A DNA stretch of 64,000 bases from Pristiophorus japonicus (Eukaryota). A program made the translations under genes and the position numbers. Numbering within the stretch: the stretch's first letter is position 1; every line of letters starts with the position of its first letter. The stretch lies in NCBI RefSeq assembly GCF_044704955.1, contig NC_091987.1, positions 25,978,001-26,042,000 on the forward strand, given 5' to 3'. The notes under the pieces were generated by a model, which worked only from the letters and a program-made list of their open reading frames with translations, made no database searches and was not told where the DNA came from. This document shows, one piece after another, positions 1 to 10,355 of the stretch.

Positions 1-507
1 GGCTTGAGGGGCCGTATGGCCTACTCCTATTTCTTATGTTATGTTCCTGTCCCTGCTTTTATTGTGGGCAAGAGCTTGAGTTATTGTACACAAACCAGGT
101 CGTTTCCTCACACAGTAACAAATGGTACACTCAAATAATGAACATACAGGTAAATGACCAGCTACTCATTATCCTGGTCAAGTCTCCCCGCTTCAATCGA
201 CTCCCACCATGAAGCACTGTAAACATACGCTGATCCCACAGACACAGTTCAATGGTTAAATGGCTCCATATCATCTCACAGTCTGTTTTGATCCAAACCT
301 CAACTTTCAACCTTCAACCCCTTCGATTTCTCCAGACTGCGTCAAAGCATTTCAGAAATGCGTGCTTTCGCTCCCACAATCGTGTCTTGGTGCGAGGTAG
401 GACATGGGGCTGCAAGGTTTTGGGTGACTTCAAGTTTACGTAGTGTGGAATATGGGAGGCCGACCAGGAGTGTATTGGAATAGTCAAGTCTAGAGGCAGT
501 CGAGGGA

Positions 508-691
508 CTATTAACATGAGTCCTTAGGTAGCTGAACAGTCCAATACGGGAACCACAGTCCCCGTCACAGATAGTCGTTGAGGGAAAGGGAGGGTGGGAT
601 TGGTTTGCTGCACGCTCCTTCCGCTGCCTGCGCTTGATTTCTGCATGCTCTCGGCGATGAGACTCGAGGTGCTCAGCGCCCTCCCGGATGC
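508..691 (-). mobile_element. RTE-type LINE 3' fragment
   Basis: Similar to 14657-14840 (gagtccttaggt.gctgaacagtccaata...gaggtgctcagcgccctc), which encodes the RTE C-terminal zinc-finger region. Confidence 0.7.
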
Positions 692-1004
692 TGACAAAGG
701 CACGGATAAGGGCTTCAGCAGCAGAAGAGCTGAGGCCAGGGGTGGAGGTGGGCGATGTTACGGAGGTGGAAATAGACGGTTTTAGTTATGCCGTGGATAT
801 GTGACCGGAAGTTCATTTCAGGGTCAAATTATGACTGAGACTTCAGGGCTGCTCGGGGGATAAAAGCCAAAGAGGGGAATTTCGTTCAAGATGTTACCTT
901 GTCCAGCGCGCCGGTAAAAGCACTGAAACAGGGGAAAGTGCACCTCGCGTCCGGCCAGCGGCAATTTCCCCCCCCCTAAAAGTCTTACGCTGATAAAGGC
1001 AGTC

Positions 1005-1458
1005 CTTTGTGAGATGAGGAGGTTGACTTATGATGAAAGGTTGAGGAGGTTGGGCCTCTACTCATTGGAGTTCAGAAGAATGAGAGGTGATCTTATCAAA
1101 ACGTACAAGATTATGAGGGGGCTTGACAAGATGGATGCAGAGAGGATGTTTCTACTGATGGGGGAGACTAGAACTAGGGGACACGATCTTAGAATAAGGG
1201 GCCGCCCATTTAAAACTGAGATGGCGGAATTTCTTCTCTCAGAGGGTTGTAAATTTGTGGAATTCGCTGCCCCATAGAACTGTGGAGGTTGGGACATTGA
1301 ATATATTTAAGGCGGTGATAGACAGATTTTTGAGCAATAAGGGATTAAGGGGTTATGGGGAGCGGGCGGGGAAGTGGAGCTGAGTCCATGATCGGATTAA
1401 ATGGTGGAGCAGGCTCGAGGGGCCGTATGGCCGACTCTTATTTCTCATGTTATGTTCC
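1005..1458 (+). mobile_element. CR1-type LINE 3' fragment (ORF2 C-terminus + 3' tail)
   Basis: ORF 1014-1277 YDERLRRLGLYSLEFRRMRGDLIKTYKIMRG is the typical CR1 ORF2 C-terminus; followed by a ctcatgttatgtt tail. Another tail of the same family lies at 1-45. Confidence 0.9.
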
Positions 1459-1824
1459 TATCCCTGCTTTTATCGTGGGTAAGAATTTGATGGACATTTG
1501 CCGGACCGTGGAAGCCCTTTAGCTTCGGACGCGGCGAACTGGCGAGAAGATTTTTGACAGATGGCAAGTGCCTGGCTTCGGCGCACGCGCTTCACGTACC
1601 TGACCCCTGAACTTTGCCGGGGCCCCACGGGGGAGTACACCTCAGACACGCCCGTGAGGAACGCAAATTCAGGCCCACTACAGTGCACTGCGATATCTTC
1701 ACTTTTCACTCCCCATACTCCATCGCTGCTGTTTCCCATCTTGTGTCTGATGCCGAGCACAGCTCTGTGTCCCACACTCTCATATCGATTACGACATGGT
1801 TTACAATGCAATTGCAGGTGACAC

Positions 1825-2937
1825 GGTTCAAGTCCCACTCCACGGACATGAGCACAAACATCTGGGCTGACACATCAGTACTGAGGGAGTGCTGCACTGT
1901 CGGAGGGGCGGTACTGAGGGAGTGCTGCACTGTCGGAGGAGCAGTACTGAGGGAGTGCCGTGCTGTCGGAGGGGCAGTACTGAGGGAGTGCTGCACTGTC
2001 GGAGGGGCAGTACTGAGGGAGTGCTGCACTGTCGGAGGAGCAGTACTGAGGGAGTGCCGTACTGTCGGAGGGGCGGTACTGAGGGAGTGCCGTACTGTCA
2101 GAGGGGCGGTACTGAGGGAGCGCCGCACTGTCAGAGGGGCGGTACTGAGGGAGCGCCGCACTGTCAGAGGGGCAGTACTGAGGGAGTGCTGTACTGTCGG
2201 AGGGACAATACTGAGGGAGCGCCGCACTGTCGGAGGGGCGGTATTGAGGGAGTGCTGCACTGTTGGAGGGACAGTACTGAGGGAGTGCTGCACTGTCGGA
2301 GGGACAGTATGGAGGGAGTGCCGCACTGTCGGAGGGACAGTATGGAGGGAGTGCCGCACTGTCGGAGGCGCAGTACTGAGAGAGTGCCGTACTGTCGGAG
2401 GGTCAGTACTGAGGGAGCGCCGGACTGTCGGAGGGGCAGTACTGAGGGAGTGCCGCACTGTCGGAGGTTCGGTACTGAGGTAGCGCCCCACTGTCGGAGG
2501 AGCGGTATTGAGCGAGTGCTGCACTCTCAGAGGGGCAGTACTGAGGTAATGCCGCACTGTTGGAGGGACAGTACTGAGGGAGTGCCGCACTGTCGGAGGG
2601 ACAGTATGGAGGGAGTGCCGCACTGTCGGAGGGGCGGTATTGAGCGAGTGCTGCACTCTCAGAGGGGCAGTACTGAGGTAATGCCGCGCTGTTGGAGGGA
2701 CAGTACTGAGGGAGCGCTGCAGTATCCTGACCAATATTTACCCCTCAATCAACTTAAATAAAACAGATTGTCTGGCTATTATATTGCTGTGTGTGGGAGC
2801 TTGCTGTGCGTAAGATGGCTGCCACATTTCCGACATTACAACAGTGACTTGACTCCAAAGGTACTTCATTGGCTGTAAATCATTTTCAGACGTCCGATGT
2901 TCGTGAAAGGCGCTATATAAATGCAAGTCTTTCTTTT
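1825..2937 (+). mobile_element. SINE (Deu-domain/SacSINE-like) with internal minisatellite expansion
   Basis: B-box-like ggttcaagtccc head, core cagtactgagggagtgctgcactgtcgga, 3' part ending aaggcgctatataaatgcaagtctttcttt. Related degenerate copies at ~21260-21670, 24395-24580 (-), ~26630-27060 and ~31150-31610. Family name is from recall, not from a search. Confidence 0.7.
1876..2725. repeat. 33-bp minisatellite (CAGTACTGAGGGAGTGCYGCACTGTCGGAGGGG), about 25 copies
   Basis: Visible tandem array; translates as the 11-aa repeat VLRECCTVGGA. Confidence 0.95.
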
Positions 2938-3034
2938 TATTGTCAAGGAGGCGGTAATGACACTGATTCCCCAGCCTCTGGGCGACACTGCTTGCTGATA
3001 TTCCTGCTCCGTCCCTCTCCCCAAACTCTGTCTG

Positions 3035-5222
3035 AGTCTCTTCGCAACCTTGGTGTCACATTTGACCCTGAAATGAGTTTCCGACTACATATCCACAATA
3101 TATTTCCCCCTCTGTAACATCGCCCGTCTCCACCCTTGCCTCAGCTCATCCGCTGCTGAAACACTCATACTTCCCTCTGTTACCTCCAGACTTGACTATT
3201 ACAACGCACTCCTCACTGGCCTCTCACATTCTACCCGACGTAAACTAGAGGTGATCCAAAGCTCGGCTACCCCGCGTCCAAACTCGCACCGAGTCCCGTT
3301 CACCCATCACCCGCAGTGCTCACTGACCGACATTGGCTCCCGGTTAAGCAACGCCTCGATTTCAAAATTCTCATCCTAGTCTTCAAATCCCTCCATGGCC
3401 GTCACTTCCTCCCTATCTCTGTAACCTCCTCCAGACCCGACACCGCTCCCTATCTCTGTAACCTCCTCCAGCCTCTACACCCCTCCCTATCTCTGTAACC
3501 TCTTCCAGCCTCTACACCCCTCCCTATATCTGTACCCTCCTCCAGACCCTACACCGCTCCCTATCTCTGTAACCTCCTCCAGCCTCTACACCCCTCCCTA
3601 TCTCTGTACCCTCCTCCAGACCCTACACCGCTCCCTATCTCTGTAACCTCCTCCAGCCTCTACACCCCTCCCTATCTCTGTACCCTCCTCCAGACCCTAC
3701 ACCCCTCCCGATCTCTGTAACCTCCTCCAGCCGCTACGCCCCTCCCTATCTCTGTAACCTTCTCCAGCCCCTACACTCCTTACTATCTCTGTAACCTCCA
3801 CCAGCCCCTACATCTCTCCCTATCTCTGTAACCCCCTCCAGCTCCAACACCCCTCCCTATCTCTGTAACCCTCTCCAGTCCCTACACCACTCCCTATCTC
3901 TATAATCCCCTCCAGCCCCTACACCCCTCCATATCTATGTAACGCCCTCCAGTCCCTACACCCCTCCCTATCTCTGTAACCTCCTCCAACTCTTACAGCC
4001 CTCCCTATCTCTGTAACCTCCTCCAGCTCCTAAACCCCTCCCTATCTCTGTAACTTCCTTCAGCCCTTACACCCCTCCCTATCTCTGTAAACTCCTCCAG
4101 CTCCTACACCCCTCCCTATCTCTGTAACCTCCTCCAGCCCCTACACCCCTCCCTATCACTGTAACCCCCTCCAGCCCGTACACCCCTCCCTATCTCTGTA
4201 AACTCCTCCAGCTCCTACACCCCTCCCTATCTCTGTAACCTCCTCCAGCCCCTACACCCCTCCCTATCACTGTAACCCCCTCCAGCCCGTACACCCCTCC
4301 CTATCTCTGTAAACTCATCCAGCCCTACACCCCTACCTATCTCAGTAACCCACTCCAGCCCTACACCCCTCCCTATATCTGTAACCCCCTCCAGCCTCTA
4401 CACCTCTCCCTATCACTGTAACCTCCTCCAGCCCCTAAATATCTCCCTATATCTGTAACCTCCTCCAAACCTTACACCCCTCCCTATCTCTGTAACCTCC
4501 TCCAGCCCTACACACCTCTCTATCTCTGTAACCCCCTCTGGCTCTACACCCCTCCCTATAACTGTTAGCCCTCCAGCCCTACATCCCTCCCTATCACTGT
4601 AAAATCCTCCAGCCCCTACACCCCTCCTCCGTATCTCTGTAAGCCCCTCCAGCCCTACATCCCTCCCTATCACTGTAACCTCCTCCAGCACCTACACCCC
4701 TCCCTATCTCTGTAACCTCCTCCAGCCCCTACACCCCTCCCTATCATTGTAACCTCCTCAAGACCCTACACCCCTCCCTATCTCTGTAACCTCCTCCAAC
4801 CCATACATCCCTCCCTATCTCTGTAACCTCCTACAGCCCCTACACCCTCCCTATCACTGTAACTTCCTCAAGCCCCTACACCCCTCCCTATCTCTGTAAT
4901 CTCCTCTAGCACCACAACACCCCGAGATGTCTGCGTTCCTCTAATTCTGCCCTCTTGAGCATCCCTGACTTTAATAGCTCAACCATCGGTGGCCGTGCCT
5001 TCTCTTGCCTGGGCCCCAAGCTCTGGAACTTCCTCCCTAAGCCTCTCAACCCCTCTTTTCTTCTTCAAGACGCTCCTTGAAACCTCCCTCTTTGACCCAG
5101 GTTTTGGTCACCTGCGCTAGTGTCTCCTTACACGTCTCGGTGTTGACTTGTTTTATTGCAAGCGCTCCTGGGACGTCTCACTACGTTAACGGCGCTCTAT
5201 AAACACAGGTTGTTGTTGTAGT
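3035..5222 (+). mobile_element. L2-type LINE 3' remnant containing a minisatellite
   Basis: Degenerate peptides NLGVTFDPEMSF, RLDYYNALL and HWLPVKQRLDFKIL; L2-like 3' end near 5150-5222. Confidence 0.75.
3408..4920. repeat. ~37-bp minisatellite (CCCCTACACCCCTCCCTATCTCTGTAACCTCCTCCAG), about 40 copies
   Basis: Visible tandem array expanded from a segment of the L2 element. Confidence 0.95.
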
Positions 5223-5264
5223 GCTTGCCCCCACTGACTCTGCCTCTACCCCCCTCCCCCGCAG

Positions 5265-5431
5265 CCCCCACGGTCCTGGTGGAGGTGACGGAGTCGGACG
5301 CAGTGATGCAGGAGGAGGTCTTTGGCCCCATTCTGCCTGTCCTCAATGTCGGCTCGCTGGAGGAGGCGATCGAGTTCATTAACCGGCGTCGCAAGCCGCT
5401 GGCTCTCTACGTGTACTCCACAAACAACCAG
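5265..5431 (+). CDS. ALDH3B1: Aldehyde dehydrogenase family 3 (ALDH3B1-like), third-last coding exon
   Basis: cag acceptor 5262-5264, gtgcgg donor at 5432; 167 nt encoding [56 protein letters not shown] (ALDH EExFGP motif). Confidence 0.92.
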
Positions 5432-5449
5432 GTGCGGAGCGTCCAAACC

Positions 5450-7532
5450 CACGGTCCGAGAGCGTCCCCGGGGGTCAGCGTGGTCCGAGAGTGTCTGGGG
5501 GGTCAGCGCGGTCCGAGAGTGTCCCCGGGGGTCAGCACGGTCCGAGCGGGAGTCCCCGGGGGTCAGCGCGGTCCGAGAGTGTCTGGGGGGTCAGCGCGGT
5601 CCGAGAGTGTCTGGGGGGTCAGCGCGGTCCGAGAGTGTCTGGGGGGTCAGTGCGGTCCGAGAGAGTCTGGGGGATCAGCGCGGTCCGAGAGCGTCTGGGG
5701 GGTCAGCGCGGTCCGAGAGCATCTGGGTGGGTCAGTGCGGTCCGAGAGCGTCTGGGTGGGTCAGCGCGGTCCGAGAGTGTCTGGGGGGTCAGCGCGGTCC
5801 GAGAGCGTCTGGGGGGTCAGCATGGTCCGAGAGCGTCTGGGGGGTCAGCGCGGTCCGAGAGTGTCTGGGGGTCAGCGTGGTCTGAGAGTGTCTGGGGGGT
5901 CAGCGCGGTCCGAAAGCATCTGGGGGGGTCAGCGCGGTCCGAGAGCGTCCCCGGGGGTCAGTGTGGTCCGAGCGAGAGTCCCCGGGGGTCAGCGCGGTCC
6001 GAGCGAGAGTCCCTGGGGGGTCAGCGCGGTCCGAGCGAGAGTCCCCGGGGGTCAGTGCGGTCTGAGCGAGAGTCCCCGGGGGTCAGTGTGGTCCGAGCGA
6101 GAGTCCCCGGGGGTCAGTGCGGTCCGAGAGCATCCCCAGGGGTCAGTGTGGTCCGAGCGAGAGTCCCCGGGGGTCAGTGTGGTCCGAGCGAGAGTCCCCG
6201 GGGGTCAGTGTGGTCCGAGCGAGAGTCCCCGGGGGTCAGTGTGGTCCGAGCGAGAGTCCCCGGGGGTCAGTGTGGTCCGAGCGAGAGTCCCCGGGGGTCA
6301 GTGCGGTCCGAGCGAGAGTCCCCGGGGGTCAGTGCGGTCCGAGAGCGTCCCCGGGGGTCAGTGTGGTCCGAGCGAGAGTCCCCGGGGGTCAGTGTGGTCC
6401 GAGCGAGAGTTCCCGGGGGTCAGTGTGGTCCGAGCGAGAGTCCCCGGGGGTCAGTGCGGTCCGAGAGCGTCCTCGGGGGTCAGTGTGGTCCGAGCGAGAG
6501 TCCCCTGGTGTCAGTGTGGTCCGAGCGAGAGTCCCCGGCGGTCAGCGTGGTCCGAGCGAGAGACCCCGGGGGTCAGTGCGGTCCGAGCGAGAGTCCCCCG
6601 GGGTCAGCGTGGTCTGAGCGAGTGTCCCCCGGGGTCAGCGCGGTCCGAGCGAGAGTCCCCGGGGGTGAGTGTGGTCCGAGCGAGAGTCCCCGGGGGTCAG
6701 TGCGGTCCGAGAGCGTCCCCGGGGGTCAGTGTGGTCCGAGCGAGAGTCCCCAGGGGTCAGCGCGGTCCGAGCGAGAGTCCCCGGGGGTGAGCGTGGTCCG
6801 AGCGAGAGTCCCCGGGGGTGAGCGTGGTCCGAGCGAGAGTCCCCGGGGGTCAGTGTGGTCCGAGCAAGAGTCCCCAGGGGTCAGCGCGGTCCGAGCGAGA
6901 GTCCCCGGGGGTGAGCGTGGTCCGAGCGAGAGTCCCCGGGGGTGAGCGCGGTCCGAGCGAGAGTCCCCGGGGGTGAGCGTGGTCCGAGCGAGAGTCCCCG
7001 GGGGTGAGCGTGGTCCGAGCGAGAGTCCCCGGGGGTCAGTGTGGTCCGAGCGAGAGTCCACGGGGGTGAGTGTGGTCCGAGCGAGAGTCCCCGGGGGTCA
7101 GTGTGGTCCGAGCGAGAGTCCACGGGGGTGAGTGTGGTCCGAGCGAGAGTCCCCGGGGGTCAGTGTGGTCCGAGCGAGAGTCCCCGGGGGTCAGTGCGGT
7201 CCGAGCGAGAGTCCCCCGGGGTCAGCGTGGTCCGAGCGAGAGTCCCCCGGGGTCAGCGCGGTCCGAGCGAGAGTCCCCCGGGGTCAGCGCGGTCCAAGCG
7301 AGAGTCCCCGGGCGTGAGCGTGGTCCGAGCGAGAGTCCCCGGGGGTGAGTGTGGTCCGAGCAAGATTTCCCGGGGTCAGTGTGGTCCGAGTGAGAGTCCC
7401 CGGGGTCAGTGTGGTCCGAGCGAGAGTCCAAGGGGGTCAGTGTGGTCCGAGCGAGAGTCCCCGGGGGTCAGTATGGTCCGAGCGAGAGTCCCCGGGGGTC
7501 AGTGCGGTCCCAGCCCCTCCCCCGGGGGTCAG
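5450..7532. repeat. GC-rich 27-31-bp minisatellite (GGTCCGAGCGAGAGTCCCCGGGGGTCAGTGT), intronic
   Basis: Visible tandem array starting about 20 nt after the exon donor site. Confidence 0.95.
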
Positions 7533-7554
7533 CTGCTGGTCTATAAACAATTAG

Positions 7555-8395
7555 GTGTGGAGTATAATGTTGGAAAGTGTGAGGTCATGCACTTTCGTTG
7601 GAAAAATAAAAAAGCAAGTTATTATTTAAATGGAGAAAGATTGCAAAGTGCTGCAGTACAGCGGGACCTGGGGGCACTTGTGCATGAAACACAAAAGGAT
7701 AGTATGCAGGTACAGCAAGTGATCAGGAAGGCCAATGGTATCTTGGCCTTTATTGCAAAGGGGATGGAGTATAAAAGCAGGGAAGTCTTGTTACAGTTAT
7801 ACAGGGTATTGGTGAGGCCACACCTGGAATACTGCGTGCAGTTTTGGTTTCCATATTGACGAAAGGATATATTTGCTTTGGAGGCAGTTCAGAGAAGGGT
7901 CACTAGGTTGATTCCGGAGATGAGGAGGTTGACTTATGAGGAAAGGTTGAGTAGGTTGGGCCTCTACTCATTGGAATTCAGAAGAATGAGAGGTGATCTT
8001 ATTGAAACATATAAGTTTATGAGTGGGCTCGACAAAGTGGATGCAGAGAGGATGTTTCCACTGATGGGGGAGACTAGAACTAGAGGGCATAATCTTAGAA
8101 TAAGGGGCCGCCCATTTAAAACAGAGATGAGGAGAAATTTCTGCTCTCAGAGGGTTGTAAATCTGTGGAATTTGCTGCCTCAGAGAGATGTGGAAGCTGA
8201 GACATTTAATAAGTTTAAGACAGAGATCGACAGTTTCTTAACTGATAAGGGAATAAGGGGTTATGGGGAGTGGGTGGGAAATGGAGCTGAGTCCATGATC
8301 AGATCAGCCATGATCGTATTCAATGGCGGATCAAGCTCGAGGGGCCGTATGGCCTGGTCCTGCTCCTGCTCCTATTTCTCATGTCCTGATGTTGT
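7555..8395 (+). mobile_element. CR1-type LINE 3' fragment
   Basis: EYNVGKCEVMHF...QRDLGALVHETQK...LVRPHLEYCVQFW...RRMRGDLIETYK. Contains an unoccupied GTGCATGAAAC motif at 7680-7690. Confidence 0.92.
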
Positions 8396-8414
8396 GATGT
8401 TGTTATGTGTGCAG

Positions 8415-8514
8415 GTGGTGAAGGAGATGTTGGAGAACACCAGTAGTGGCGGCTTCTGCTCCAACGATAACGTGGTTCAGATGGCTCTCAACACCTTGCC
8501 CTTCGGAGGGGTCG
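8415..8514 (+). CDS. ALDH3B1: ALDH3B1-like, second-last coding exon
   Basis: ag at 8413-8414, gtaagt donor at 8515; 100 nt encoding VVKEMLENTSSGGFCSNDNVVQMALNTLPFGGV(G); phase fits both neighbouring exons. Confidence 0.92.
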
Positions 8515-9074
8515 GTAAGTGTTTACACCAATGGGGCTGTGACCCATAGAGCACGGAAGTCCCAGGCTGCATTCTCGGCCTGTGGTACTGAGCCCCACTC
8601 ATCATCATCACAGGCGGTCCCTCGAACGAGGATGACTTGCTTCCACAAGAGTTCACAGATGTTTCAATGAAGGACCCGATGTTCCAGTCCTGAACTCCAG
8701 TTGAGGGGGTGGAAGATACCTGTGCGTGGATTTTTTTAACTTGTGGTGACCGTTACACACCAGCCACCACACGGGCTTGACAGAGCTAGGTCTTTATCCA
8801 GTGGCAAGAGTTAACCAGGACAGCTGAAGACTGAGCCCCTCACTCACAGAGCAGGAAAGGCCCAGGCTGCATTCCCGGCCTGTAACCCCCCCGCCCCCCC
8901 TCACTCACAGAGCAGGAAAGGCCCAGGTTGCATTCCCAGCCTGTAACCCCCAGCCCCCCTCACACACAGAGCAGGAAAGGTCCAGGCTCCGTTTCCGGCC
9001 TGTGCGGTCCCTGTCACGGACGCTTCTGTCCACGTGACGACCACACAGTCCTTGTGGAGACGGAATTGCGTAAG

Positions 9075-9312
9075 AACCAGGAGCAGGAGTCGGCCATTCG
9101 GCCCCTCGAGCCTGCTCCAATGAGATCACGGCTGATCGTCTAACTGAACTCCACTTCCCTGCACTGTCCCCATATCCCTCGACTCCCTTAATATCCAACA
9201 ATTGATCGCTCTCTGCCTGAATATCCTCAACGACTGAGCGTCCACAGGCTTCTGGGGCAGAGAACTCCAAAGATTCACACCCTCTGAGTGAAGAGGTTTC
9301 TCCTCAGCTCCT
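9075..9312 (-). mobile_element. CR1-type 3' fragment
   Basis: Reverse complement of the CR1 3' terminus (ggagcaggagtcggccattcggcccctcgagcctgct). Confidence 0.7.
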
Positions 9313-10355
9313 CAGGGCAATACAGTTTCGGAAGACCCAAACTCCCTACTACTGTGAACAAGAAAGACGCCCAAACACTACATCAAACATTTAAAAAACA
9401 CCTCACAGAAATAATTTACAAAAATTAACGTTGATAGAAATGTTTTTCAAAAAACAAAATATTTGCCGATTTAAAAAAAAATGTTAATGATGCTTTAAAA
9501 TAAATTTCCCTGAGTGGACAGGACTTTTAAACATAAATATGTATTTTAACATATTATTTTTCCATGTGTTTCATATGTTTTTAAACTTTTACGCTGGTAA
9601 AAGTAGGTTATGCACCTGCTTTCACCAGGCGCAAGAGTTTTCAGGACATTGGCGGGGGAATGTCCCTCTCACCGAGATGCGTGCCATCGGTCAAACCACA
9701 AGTTTGACACATCGGAAGAGACGGTTTTTCGGCGCATGGGCATTGGGTGCCCGACACCGGGCATTTTGCGATACCTCCCCGGGTCCGTACACACTCCCTA
9801 CAGACCCAGGGAGGCCGGGATTTCTTCAACATCATCATACGCAGTCCCTCGGAATCGAGGAAGACTTGCTTCCACTCTTAGAATGTAATATGTCCTTACT
9901 ATACAGTATAAATGCACACGAGGCCCATAGTTGAGAGAAGGTCACTCTGTGATCAGTAACCTTTATTAGCCAGCACTGAAGTGATGAAGGTGGGTGGAGC
10001 TTCCCCTTTTATACCTGAAAGTCCAGGTTAGGAGTGTCTCCCACAAGTTCACCACCTAGTGGTCAATGTTCTCACGGTGTACAACTTAGGTCAGCTTATA
10101 CATGGGTTACAATGACAGTTGAATGCATGTCATCGCTTCCCCCTCCCCCCTGGCCCCAAAGTCTTATTGGGATCACAGGTTGAGTCTCTCTGGTGGTTTA
10201 CGCTCCCTTGTAGAGCGCCTGAGTTGTGGCTCCGGTTGTTGGGCGCTGGCCTGAGTGTCTGCTGTTTGCAGTGCCTCAGGCCTGTCTGAACTGCCCACAG
10301 TGACTGGGCTCTCCTCCACTTGGTTCCGGTGTTTGGTCACCTGTGGAGGAGTGAA

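Noticed and set aside
1614-2761. Long ORFs (289-342 aa) on both strands
   Set aside because: They are translations of a stop-free 33-bp minisatellite, not genes.
1876-7532. Tandem arrays as possible CRISPR arrays
   Set aside because: No unique spacers, no cas genes, and a eukaryotic context.
5432-7554. Long Gly/Ser/Arg-rich ORFs
   Set aside because: Minisatellite read-through; only 5265-5431 is a real exon.
9315-9828. AT-rich centre with GC-rich ends, possibly a non-autonomous DNA transposon
   Set aside because: I could not identify terminal inverted repeats or a TSD by eye.
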